The position numbers and the translations under genes were made by a program. The notes under the pieces are model-generated. The model was not told the origin of the DNA, searched no databases, and saw nothing but the letters and a program-made list of their open reading frames with translations. A DNA stretch of 64,000 nt from Longimicrobiales bacterium (GTDB lineage: Bacteria; Gemmatimonadota; Gemmatimonadetes; Longimicrobiales; Gaopeijiaceae), in the NCBI GenBank assembly GCA_965116905.1, contig OZ220732.1:608001-672000 (forward strand), written 5' to 3'. Of the stretch, positions 38,507-47,584 are shown in pieces (position 1 is the stretch's first letter; every line of letters starts with the position of its first letter).

Positions 38507-40812
38507 AACCGGAACTCCACGCCGAAGAATGGAATCATCGGAAGCTGCGGCAGATACACTCGCTTGACGGTTCCGTCGGCACCCTCGCTCTTCACCTGCA
38601 ACCCGACGACGTTGGGCAGGCTGAAGAGGTTGGCGACCGACAGATAGGGGACGACCGACCCACCACCGAACCACGAGACCTGGGTGGGACGACGCCACCC
38701 CACGTCGACCCGCGCATAGTGCGGCAGTGTCCCCGAGTTGTACTTGGCACCCAGAGGCACGAACTGAACCGTACCGAATGGATGCCGCTCGACGGGAACA
38801 ATGGCCTCCAGCGGAGTCGTCGGCTGGCCCGAACGCAGTGAGAAGCGCGCGGACCAGGACGCGGTGCCCCGAGTGTACGACGCGGCGAACTCGAGCTCGT
38901 GCTCCCGGTGGAAGCGTGGTGTGTAGGTATGTCTGCCCACCGTACGCAACACCCTCGCCCACCGGTAGCTCCCCAGAGTCGACAACCCTTGTTCCCCTTG
39001 CCAGCTCCACGAAGCCTCAATGCCCCGGGCCGTCCCGCTCGCCACTTCCCAAAGTGACGGGTCGCCAAGGGCGGCAGCGGTGATGGGTTTCTCACCCAGC
39101 GCGGGCAGCCTCAGGTTGGCGAGGGTGCGCGCATATGCGTCGATGCGGATCCGCAGCGCTCCCCTGGAGCCCTCCCAGCCGACCGAGAACTGGGTGTTGC
39201 TGGGAACGGGGCCGGAGCTCACCGGAACGAGCAGATCGTAGGCCAAAAAACTCGCTCCCAGTGCCTCCTCGTTGCGCACGGAGGACAGCGCCTGGCGGGA
39301 CTGCGATGCCGACAACCGCACATCCCACCAGGGACCGGCATAGGTCAGCTCGGCAAACGGCGAAACCGTGGTCGCCAAACTCCGGAAGCGGTCGATCCGC
39401 AGTCCGCCCCGCGAAGACAGGCGCCCACCGAGGCTCACATCAACTCTGGCATGCGCTGCGAGGCGCCAGCGCTTCTGCCGAAGATCCAGGGGCGAAAAGA
39501 AATAGCCGTCGTCCGCCTCGAATTCGTCGCCGAGGTCGTAACGGTGCCCGGCCGAGAATCGCGTCGCCTGCGCGCCGGCGACGACGGTGGCGCGGCCAGT
39601 GTGCCACGTCAGTCGCAGGTCCGCCCGATCCTCGCTCATCGATCCGGTGCCGGACAACAGCGTGTCGGTGGGCGGGTCGTATTCACGTAACGTCCCGTTC
39701 AAGTACGAGGCGCCGCCGCCGCCGAGACCCAGCAGGTCACTGGAGAACCTGCTGCGCCCGACGGTCGCGTCGAGGAGCCCGTTGGCGCCAACCTTGTCCC
39801 GGTAGTGCATCGAGAAGGCCGCGTTGCCCCACTGAAGGTCGAGCGTCTTGGTCCGTTGGGAGTCGAAGTGCCCTAGCGCCTCGGAATTGGCATACGCGCT
39901 CACGGAAAGGCGGCGGATGCCTCCCCAATCCTTCGTCACCTTGGCGTGCAGGTCCTGGAAGAAGTACGGCAGGTGCTGCTCGATGACGCCGCCTTCTTCG
40001 AGTAGCCGAGTGAATCCGTCGATATAGGTCCGGCGTCCGTCCACGAGGTAGGAGAGCCCCTCGCCGACAGGCCCCTCCACCGACAGTCTGGACGAAGCCA
40101 GACCGACCGATCCCGCCATGTGGTGCCGGTCCCGGGCCCCGTCCCTGGTCGCGATGTCGATCGCTCCGGAAAGCGATCCGATCTCAAGCACGTCCGCTCC
40201 GAATCCAGGAAGCAGCGCAGCGCGCTCGACTACCTCCGCGTTCACGGCCGACAGAAACCCCCCGAGATGAAAGGCGTTGAACAAACGAATCCCATCGAGC
40301 AGCACGGGGGTTCCTTCGCTCGTGCCACCCCGGACGTAGGGGATGGCTGCGTAGTCGGACGGCGCCGACGCCGATGGCGACACCGCGGTCGCCCGCAGCA
40401 CGTCGGTTTCGAGGATCGTCGGCAGCGTCCGCATCAGTGCCGAGTCCACGACAAAGGCGTCCCGCGACAGCGAAATCGGGTCGCCGGCTCGGCCCTGGGT
40501 GAGCACTTCGATTCCCTCAAGTGCGATCGGGGACGGCTGCAAGAGAACGCGGACAGGCTCCACGGGAAGTCGGGTGTAGCTTCGGACCCACGGCTCGTAC
40601 CCGAATGCTGTCACCTCCAAGCGGAACCCCTGCACGCTCGGGACGTCCGGCATGACGAACGCGCCGAAACGGTCGGAGCTTCCTGCGCCCGCGGCGTCGC
40701 CCGCGACAACGCTGACCTGGGCGAAGGCCACCGGTTCGAGGTCGATGCTGTCGCGGACGACGCCAGCGAGTGTGGCTTGTTGCAAGGCGACGATCAGGAG
40801 TGCGCTGGTCAT
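38503..40812 (-). CDS. TonB-dependent receptor with carboxypeptidase-regulatory-like N-terminus
   Basis: GVVRDS..EPVAFA, plug VRGG..VLLDG..HLGGFLS, YARVDVG, terminal GVEFRF. Confidence 0.88.
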   Translation of the reverse strand: MTSALLIVALQQATLAGVVRDSIDLEPVAFAQVSVVAGDAAGAGSSDRFGAFVMPDVPSVQGFRLEVTAFGYEPWVRSYTRLPVEPVRVLLQPSPIALEGIEVLTQGRAGDPISLSRDAFVVDSALMRTLPTILETDVLRATAVSPSASAPSDYAAIPYVRGGTSEGTPVLLDGIRLFNAFHLGGFLSAVNAEVVERAALLPGFGADVLEIGSLSGAIDIATRDGARDRHHMAGSVGLASSRLSVEGPVGEGLSYLVDGRRTYIDGFTRLLEEGGVIEQHLPYFFQDLHAKVTKDWGGIRRLSVSAYANSEALGHFDSQRTKTLDLQWGNAAFSMHYRDKVGANGLLDATVGRSRFSSDLLGLGGGGASYLNGTLREYDPPTDTLLSGTGSMSEDRADLRLTWHTGRATVVAGAQATRFSAGHRYDLGDEFEADDGYFFSPLDLRQKRWRLAAHARVDVSLGGRLSSRGGLRIDRFRSLATTVSPFAELTYAGPWWDVRLSASQSRQALSSVRNEEALGASFLAYDLLVPVSSGPVPSNTQFSVGWEGSRGALRIRIDAYARTLANLRLPALGEKPITAAALGDPSLWEVASGTARGIEASWSWQGEQGLSTLGSYRWARVLRTVGRHTYTPRFHREHELEFAASYTRGTASWSARFSLRSGQPTTPLEAIVPVERHPFGTVQFVPLGAKYNSGTLPHYARVDVGWRRPTQVSWFGGGSVVPYLSVANLFSLPNVVGLQVKSEGADGTVKRVYLPQLPMIPFFGVEFRF

Positions 40813-40901
40813 ATGTCTCCGATCTCACCGATGACGCGTGTTGGTTGGAAGGCCAAAACGCCACACAGCCACAAGATGGGACGCTGAGATGAACCGCCGT
40901 C

Positions 40902-40959
40902 AGAGGGAAAACCCGGTATTGTGTACCGGGAAAACCCTGTACCATGACCGGGAAAACCC
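40902..40959. promoter_or_regulatory. Triple GGGAAAACCC operator array between divergent TonB receptor and two-component genes
   Basis: Copies at 40905, 40928 and 40950. Confidence 0.7.
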
Positions 40960-41109
40960 TGAGCGACGACCTTTTTTCGACATACTCCATCCGGTCATCG
41001 CGATGACATCATCATTTCTTTCGCTTCCAATCGCGTAACGATCACGCAAGGATCGTCGCGCGTGACGAAATGATCCACTACAATACGACCGGAAGTGGCA
41101 CGGAATCGA

Positions 41110-42165
41110 ATGGAGCAGCCGTTGCTCAGCGACAGGGACTACAGGACCGTGTTCGAGGCGTCGCCGGACGCGATGCTCATCGTGGACCCCGGCGGCTTGA
41201 TCCGGGATCTGAACCCGCAGGCGCTGACGATGTTCGGATGGAGCCGCGAGGAGATGGAGGGCTCGGGGGTGGAGATGCTCGTTCCAGACGCCAGCCGCAG
41301 CCGGCACGAGCGGTATCGTCAACACTACGCTGACGAGCCGCGTCCGCGGCCGATGGGACAGGGACTGGAGCTGCAGGCCTTGCGGAAGGATGGCACAACC
41401 TTCCCCGCGGAGATCAGCCTGAGCCCCGGCGAGCTGGCATCGGGGCCGGAACACGTGATCTGCACGATCCGCGATATCTCGGCGTGGCAACGGATTCAGT
41501 GGCTGTCCCGAATCAGGGTGGCAGCGGCCGAGGATGAGCGAAGGCACCTTTCCCGCGAGTTGCACGACGAGTTCCTCCAGTTCCTCGTGGCGTTCAAGAT
41601 CAGGGGGAAGCTTTTGGCGGACGAGCCGGATCGGGAGGAGAGAGAACGCGCGTGGGCGGTGATCGCCGACGAGCTCCTCGATGCGATCCGGGGGGTCAAG
41701 CGAATGATTCGAGGGCTGAGGTCCTCGAAGCTCGAACAGCAGGGGCTTGTTTCCGCGCTCGCAAGCTTTTTTCGCGACATCCGGAAGGTGCACGGGGTCA
41801 CGATCCACGCCAGCCTCAGGCTCAAGTGGGTGGCCGACGAACTGGATCCGATGACCGTCCTGGCCCTGTACCGGATCGTTCAGGAGGCCGTAACCAACGC
41901 GGCGACGCACGCAAAGGTGAGCGAGGCCGCCGTGACGCTCACATCGGCGGACGGGATGATCATCACGGAGATCCGGGACGAGGGATGCGGGTTCGAGTTG
42001 CCCGAACCGGAAGCGTCACCGGACGATGGTCACATCGGCCTCGTCGGAATGCGTGAGAGAGCGGAGGCAGTCGGGGGCAGCCTGGTGGTGGAGAGCTCGC
42101 CGGGCAGGGGAACTACGGTTCGGGCCGCCGTCCCGATGGTGGCGCCGGATGGAGAGCCATGGTGA
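41110..42165 (+). CDS. Cytoplasmic PAS-domain sensor histidine kinase (HisKA_3)
   Basis: PAS (RKDGTTFPAEISLSP), ERRHLSRELHD, YRIVQEAVTN, DEGCGF, GLVGMRER. Confidence 0.92.
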   Translation: MEQPLLSDRDYRTVFEASPDAMLIVDPGGLIRDLNPQALTMFGWSREEMEGSGVEMLVPDASRSRHERYRQHYADEPRPRPMGQGLELQALRKDGTTFPAEISLSPGELASGPEHVICTIRDISAWQRIQWLSRIRVAAAEDERRHLSRELHDEFLQFLVAFKIRGKLLADEPDREERERAWAVIADELLDAIRGVKRMIRGLRSSKLEQQGLVSALASFFRDIRKVHGVTIHASLRLKWVADELDPMTVLALYRIVQEAVTNAATHAKVSEAAVTLTSADGMIITEIRDEGCGFELPEPEASPDDGHIGLVGMRERAEAVGGSLVVESSPGRGTTVRAAVPMVAPDGEPW

Positions 42166-42812
42166 GGGTGCTGCTGGTCGACGACCACAACGTCGTGCGC
42201 GCCGGCCTGAGGGCGCTGCTCGAGTCCATGGGGCGCGTGGACATCGTGGGCGAGGCGTCGTCGGGCGAGGAGGCGGTAGACAAGGCGCGGATGCTGGAGC
42301 CGGACATCGTCATCATGGACCTGGCGATGCCCGGGATGGATGGCGTCGAGGCGACGCGCCGAATCACCGAACTCGGAATCGACACGAAGGTCCTGGTGCT
42401 GACGGTCCACGACGAGGATGAGTTCCTCGTTCCTGCCCTCGACGCCGGGGCCGAGGGGTTTCTGAACAAGTCCGTTGCGGACACCGACCTCCTGGGAGCC
42501 CTGGAAGCCCTTGCGCGCGGGCACTCCTACCTGCCCCGCCGGGCGGCCGCCCTGCTCGCGCGGCAGAAGACGCGGCCCACCCCGGGCCGCGAATCGGATC
42601 CCGAGGTGCTCTCCTCTCGCGAGCGTGTCGCAGTCGGCTTGTACGCGCAGGGTTTCTCGACCCAGGAGATGGCCAGGGAGATGGATCTCAGCCCCAAGAC
42701 CGTCGAGGGCTACATCGCGCACGCCAAGATCAGGCTCGGGGTGCGCACACGGCGCGAAATCGTGCGTTTTGCGCTTGAGGCCGGGCTTCTGCGGGCTGAA
42801 GGCAAGCAGTAA
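42159..42812 (+). CDS. NarL/FixJ family response regulator (REC + LuxR HTH)
   Basis: VLLVDDH, DLAMPGMDG, LSSRE..LSPKTVE. Confidence 0.93.
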   Translation: MVRVLLVDDHNVVRAGLRALLESMGRVDIVGEASSGEEAVDKARMLEPDIVIMDLAMPGMDGVEATRRITELGIDTKVLVLTVHDEDEFLVPALDAGAEGFLNKSVADTDLLGALEALARGHSYLPRRAAALLARQKTRPTPGRESDPEVLSSRERVAVGLYAQGFSTQEMAREMDLSPKTVEGYIAHAKIRLGVRTRREIVRFALEAGLLRAEGKQ

Positions 42813-42951
42813 GGGCACTCCGCCGCTGGAGCGCCCGCCGAGCACCCTCACGGGTGGTGGTCACCGCTCGCCCGGGGCGGTAGCTTCATCCCGTCGCCAG
42901 CCCCGGACGATCATCCTGATCCCCCAGTCACCAGGACCAAGGACGCATGCA

Positions 42952-44601
42952 ATGCAGACCCGGCACCTTCTTCTCGCGCTCGCCGTGGCCGCGGGCGGAC
43001 CGATGACCGCTTTCGCCCAGCAGGACATGGGGCGCCGTTCCACGGTGTACGCGCCACGCAACGCCGCCGCGACCAGCCAGCCGCTCGCCACCGCCGCCGC
43101 CATCGAGATCATGCAGCGGGGCGGCAATGCGATCGACGGGGCGGTGGCCGCGGCGGCCGTGCTCAACGTCACCGAGCCGCACATGACGGGGATGGGTGGC
43201 GACGCCTTCTCGATCGTGTGGCTGGCCGAGACGCGCGAACTGGTCGGGATCGACGCGAGCGGCAGAAGCGGAAGCGGCATGTCGGTCGAGGCATTGCGTG
43301 CGCGGGGACACGAGCGCGTGCCGGGAAGCGGGCCCGAGGCGGTCACGGTGCCGGGCGCGGTATCCGGCTGGAACGCCCTGGTCACCCGGTACGGCAAGCT
43401 CACCCTGGCCGAGGTCCTGCAGCCGGCGATCCGGATCGCGCGCGAGGGGTTCCCCGTGACTCCGGTGATCGCGCGGCAGTGGGCGGGCGCGACCGAGAAG
43501 CTGGCCCGTGACGAGGGGGCCCGCGCGACGTACCTGGTCGACGGGGAGAGGGCGCCCCGCGCCGGGGAGTGGCACACGAATCCCGACATTGCCCGTTCGT
43601 TTCAGAGGATCGCCGACGAGGGGCCCGGCGTCCTCTACGGCGGCTCTCTGGGACGTGAGCTTGTCGACGGGCTGGCGGAACTGGGCGGATTCCTGACGCT
43701 GGAGGATCTCGCCACGCATCAGCCCCGCTGGGTCGAGCCGATCAGCACCGACTTCCGCGGCTACACCGTCTGGGAGCTCCCCCCCGCGGGACAGGGCATC
43801 GCCGCGCTCGAGATGCTGGAACTCCTCGAGCCCATGGACCTGGAGGGCATGGGGCACAACTCCGCCGACTACCTGCATCATCTCATCGAGGTGAAGAAGC
43901 TCGCCTTCGCCGACCTCCACCGGTACGTGTCGGACGCGGACCACATGGAGATCGATCCCTTGTCGCTCCTGAACCCGGGCTACATCGACGCCCGGCGCGC
44001 GCTGATCGATCCCCGCGTCGCGGCCGACCGGGTGGGCCCGGGCCGCGCGGTCACCGACTCCGAGACGATCTACCTGACCGTCGCGGACGCCGACGGCAAC
44101 ATGGTGTCGTTCATCAACTCGGTGTACTCGGGGTTCGGGTCGGGCGTCGTGATTCCGGGGACCGGATTCGCGCTGCAGAACCGGGGAGCCGGCTTCGTGA
44201 TCGACGACGGCCACCCGAACCAGGTCGCGCCGCGCAAGCGCCCCTTCCACACGATCATCCCTGGCTTCGTCACGAAGGACGGCGAGCCGCTGATGGCCTT
44301 CGGACTGATGGGCGGGTCGATGCAGCCGCAGGGACACACGCAGCTGCTGCTCAACATGCTCGTCTTCGGGATGGACCCGCAGGAGGCCGTGGACGCGGCG
44401 CGATTCCGTCACCTGTCGGGCACGCGGGTCGCCATTGAGCGGGTGAGCGACGAGGTCGCGGCGGACCTGGAGGCGCGGGGTCATGAACTCGCGGACTGGA
44501 GGCGCACCGACTTCGGGGGCGCGCAGGTGATCCTCCGGCTCGACAAGGGGTGGGCCGCGGCATCGGAGCCCCGGAAGGACGGGCATGCCGCGGGGAACTG
44601 A
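42952..44601 (+). CDS. ggt: Gamma-glutamyltransferase
   Basis: GGNAIDGAVA, GMGGDAF, T nucleophile in ETIYL, LQNRG, KRPFHTIIP, MGGSMQPQGH. Confidence 0.93.
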   Translation: MQTRHLLLALAVAAGGPMTAFAQQDMGRRSTVYAPRNAAATSQPLATAAAIEIMQRGGNAIDGAVAAAAVLNVTEPHMTGMGGDAFSIVWLAETRELVGIDASGRSGSGMSVEALRARGHERVPGSGPEAVTVPGAVSGWNALVTRYGKLTLAEVLQPAIRIAREGFPVTPVIARQWAGATEKLARDEGARATYLVDGERAPRAGEWHTNPDIARSFQRIADEGPGVLYGGSLGRELVDGLAELGGFLTLEDLATHQPRWVEPISTDFRGYTVWELPPAGQGIAALEMLELLEPMDLEGMGHNSADYLHHLIEVKKLAFADLHRYVSDADHMEIDPLSLLNPGYIDARRALIDPRVAADRVGPGRAVTDSETIYLTVADADGNMVSFINSVYSGFGSGVVIPGTGFALQNRGAGFVIDDGHPNQVAPRKRPFHTIIPGFVTKDGEPLMAFGLMGGSMQPQGHTQLLLNMLVFGMDPQEAVDAARFRHLSGTRVAIERVSDEVAADLEARGHELADWRRTDFGGAQVILRLDKGWAAASEPRKDGHAAGN

Positions 44602-45478
44602 CGGGGACGGGCCATTGGACGACGACGGGTCGCCCATGCGGGGCGCGCCCGCGCCCTACGACATCCCCGAAGAGCGTCTGCCGGCGGGCTTCATCGAGAC
44701 GCTCGACAATGTGCCCGCCAGCCCCGCGGTGCCGCATCCATCGGCGACGGTGGTGCTCATGCGGGAGGGCCGCGCCGGGCCCGAGGTGCTGCTGCTGCGC
44801 CGCAATCGCGCGACGGGGTTCGTGCCCGGCGCGTACGTGTTCCCGGGCGGGCGGGTGGACGCCGCCGACGGCGAGGACGCGCTGGCCGAGCGCTGGGACG
44901 GGCTGACGCGCGAGGGGGCGGCGGGGCGGCTGGGCATCGCGCCGGACGCGGATCCTCCGGCGATTGCGTACTACGGGGCCGCGCTGCGGGAAGCGATCGA
45001 GGAGACGGGACTCTTGCCCGGAGTGGTCGCCGCGACAGGGCCGCCGGGTGGGGAGGTCGTGCGCGAGGCGAGGGAAGCCCTCCTGGGGGGCGGAGCCTCC
45101 TTCGCGGCCGTGCTACGAAAGCTCGGTGCGCGCCTGGATGGTGGCGCGGTCGAGTACATCGCCCATTGGGTCACCCCCACCGTGGAACCCCGCCGCTACG
45201 ACACCCGCTTCTTTGCGGCCAGGGTCCCCGCCGGGTCGAAGGCCGTCTACGACGAGCGCGAAATGACCGATGCGGTGTGGCTCACGCCCGGCGCGGCGCT
45301 GGACCGCCACAGGCGCGGCGGCCTGCCCATGATCTTTCCGACGATCCGGACGCTTGAGGACCTCTGCGACTTCGCGACCGTCGAGGAGCTGCTGGCGCAC
45401 TACCGGGCGCGCGCGATCGAGCGGGTGCAGCCGACGATCGTGCGGACGGCTACCGGGGTGAGGCTGCGGGTGCCATAG
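44585..45478 (+). CDS. NUDIX hydrolase (Nudt19-like)
   Basis: VFPGGRVD, ALREAIEETG, HWVTP..RRYDTRFF. Confidence 0.88.
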   Translation: MPRGTDGDGPLDDDGSPMRGAPAPYDIPEERLPAGFIETLDNVPASPAVPHPSATVVLMREGRAGPEVLLLRRNRATGFVPGAYVFPGGRVDAADGEDALAERWDGLTREGAAGRLGIAPDADPPAIAYYGAALREAIEETGLLPGVVAATGPPGGEVVREAREALLGGGASFAAVLRKLGARLDGGAVEYIAHWVTPTVEPRRYDTRFFAARVPAGSKAVYDEREMTDAVWLTPGAALDRHRRGGLPMIFPTIRTLEDLCDFATVEELLAHYRARAIERVQPTIVRTATGVRLRVP

Positions 45479-46751
45479 CCTCCAGCACCGCGTGCACCAC
45501 GTCGGTGAACGCGCCGCCGCGAATCCAGCGGCACACGATCACGAGTTCGTTCTCGGGGTCCACGTAGATCAGGTTCGAGCCGGCGCCCGTGTGCGTCCAC
45601 GTGTACTCGGGGGCGTTGGGATAGCGGCGCTGATCGGTGTTCAGCGAGAAGTTCATGAAGCCGTAGCTGCGGTTGACCTGACCCGGAGTCGTGGCCATGT
45701 CGAACCAGTCCTCCGACAGCAGCTGCTTCCCGTCCCAGTTGCCCTTGTGCATGGTGAAGAGGCCGAAGCGGGCCTGGTCGTAGGCGCTGAGGATCATGCC
45801 GCCGCCCCAGTGCGCGCCGCCGCTGACCGCCTGGACCTCGCGGCCGTCGAGGATGACCCACGAGTTGTCGTAGCCGTGCCATCCCCAGGTGGACGAGGCG
45901 CCGATCGGGTCCATGACGTGCTCGCGCAGGACTTCGGGCAGCGGGCGCCGCCACACTGCGGTGGCGGCGAGCGCCAGCAGGTTGACCCGCGTGTCGTTGT
46001 ACTCGTAGGCGGTTCCGGGCTCGTTGCGCGGGCGCGTGCCCCAGGTTGAGCGGTCCTGGTCGGGGCGGTCGGCCCACTCGGGCTTGCCCCAGAGCGTCCC
46101 CTCCCAGTCGCTCGTCTGCCTGAGCAGGTGGTCCCAGGTGATCTTGCGGTTGTGCTCGGACTCGAAGAGCAGCTTCGGGCGGCGGCCGTTCTCGTCGCCG
46201 GGCTCCCCGTCGCCGGTGTCGAGGATAATCGGGGGGATGTAGTCGCGGACGTTGTCGTCAACGTCGTGGATGAGCCCGCGGTCCCAGGCCAGCCCGACGG
46301 TGGACGAAAGGAAGCTCTTCGAGACGCTGAAGGTGTTGTCGGCCTTGGCGGGATCGCCCCACTCGGCGATGATGTATCCCCTGTGCACGATCACGCCGGA
46401 TTGGGGACCGCGGACCGTGAACGGGCCGACGGCGTCGCCCAGGGGCTCGCGGCCGAAGGTGCCGAGGTGGTTGAAGGCGAGGTCGCGGGGGCTCTGGGAC
46501 TCGCCGGCGATGGCGATCCCGATCGCGCGCTGGATCCCGGCGGCGTCGAAGCCGGCCTGCTCGGGGGTGCGCCGCTCCCAGTCCGGATGGCGGCCGGGGA
46601 AGTAGGTCTGCGCGGAGGCCGCCTGCGCGACGACCGACTGCGCCGTGAGCAGGAGCGCGAGGAACGGGAGGATGGTGCGGGGTGCGGTCGCGGCGCGTGC
46701 GCGGCTGGGCATGATGGGTTCTCCGGTGGTGTGCTGGATTCGCGTGATCAT
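45450..46751 (-). CDS. Serine hydrolase, beta-lactamase/NylB-like (start may be 46712)
   Basis: FSVSKS, ITWDHLL, PGTAYEYND, GAGSN. Confidence 0.85.
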   Translation of the reverse strand: MITRIQHTTGEPIMPSRARAATAPRTILPFLALLLTAQSVVAQAASAQTYFPGRHPDWERRTPEQAGFDAAGIQRAIGIAIAGESQSPRDLAFNHLGTFGREPLGDAVGPFTVRGPQSGVIVHRGYIIAEWGDPAKADNTFSVSKSFLSSTVGLAWDRGLIHDVDDNVRDYIPPIILDTGDGEPGDENGRRPKLLFESEHNRKITWDHLLRQTSDWEGTLWGKPEWADRPDQDRSTWGTRPRNEPGTAYEYNDTRVNLLALAATAVWRRPLPEVLREHVMDPIGASSTWGWHGYDNSWVILDGREVQAVSGGAHWGGGMILSAYDQARFGLFTMHKGNWDGKQLLSEDWFDMATTPGQVNRSYGFMNFSLNTDQRRYPNAPEYTWTHTGAGSNLIYVDPENELVIVCRWIRGGAFTDVVHAVLEAMAPAASPR

Positions 46752-47485
46752 CCTTCCGGCAGGGCGTCCAGCCCGTCCAGAACATCGAGGTGGACGTACT
46801 CGTCGGCGGCAGTCAGAACCGGCAGGGTAAGCGCCTTCTCCAGCATCACCCTCGCCCGCTGCAGGCCGCTTTCCTCGTCGAGCCGGGGCAGCCTGATGCC
46901 GTAAGCGTGAAGCACGACCTTGGAATCGGGTTCCAGCTCGAGCGCGCGCTCGAAGAGCATGATGGCTTCGTCCTTGTTGCCCCCGTACATCATCCGGGCG
47001 ATGCGCCCTTCCGCGTGGATGTCGGCGTGCCAACCGGCCAGGGCCAGGATGGCGTCCGTGTAGTCGGGTTCGATGGCCAGCGTCGCGTCGAGCAGGTCGC
47101 GGATCCTGCCCGCGAGCCCCTGGCGCAACGCCGTGAATGCACCGACACGCTGGGCATACCGGCCGACGGCGTGGGCGGATTGGTAATGGGCATCGGGGTT
47201 CTGCGGATCGGCGGCCACGGCCATCTCGCCCATCCGCATCGCGCGCTCGACAACCTCGCTGAACTCCTCTTCGGACGCCTCGTAGTGGGCGTACATCGCA
47301 AGAGATTTTGTAGCTACGACGTAGCCGGCGGAGGTTCCCAGCGCTTCGCCGATGTCCGCGGCTTCGACAAAGCGGCCGTCCGCATAGGCCGCATTGGCGT
47401 CATCGAGCGATTGCGCGTTTGCGTGGCCGGCGAGCAGCGCCATGCCGGCCGCCGTGGCAAGTCGCGCGGTGCGGGCAGGGGTCAT
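46748..47485 (-). CDS. Exported TPR-like hypothetical protein
   Basis: Signal peptide ANA; helical repeats ending ..ALELEPD. Confidence 0.7.
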   Translation of the reverse strand: MTPARTARLATAAGMALLAGHANAQSLDDANAAYADGRFVEAADIGEALGTSAGYVVATKSLAMYAHYEASEEEFSEVVERAMRMGEMAVAADPQNPDAHYQSAHAVGRYAQRVGAFTALRQGLAGRIRDLLDATLAIEPDYTDAILALAGWHADIHAEGRIARMMYGGNKDEAIMLFERALELEPDSKVVLHAYGIRLPRLDEESGLQRARVMLEKALTLPVLTAADEYVHLDVLDGLDALPEG

Positions 47486-47584
47486 CTTGATCTCCTCGAT
47501 TCAGGGTGCCCGGTCGGCCAGCGCCCCGTTCAGGGGAACTGCACGAAGTTGGCCAGCGGGCCGTCCGCGACGCAAGTTGTCGGC

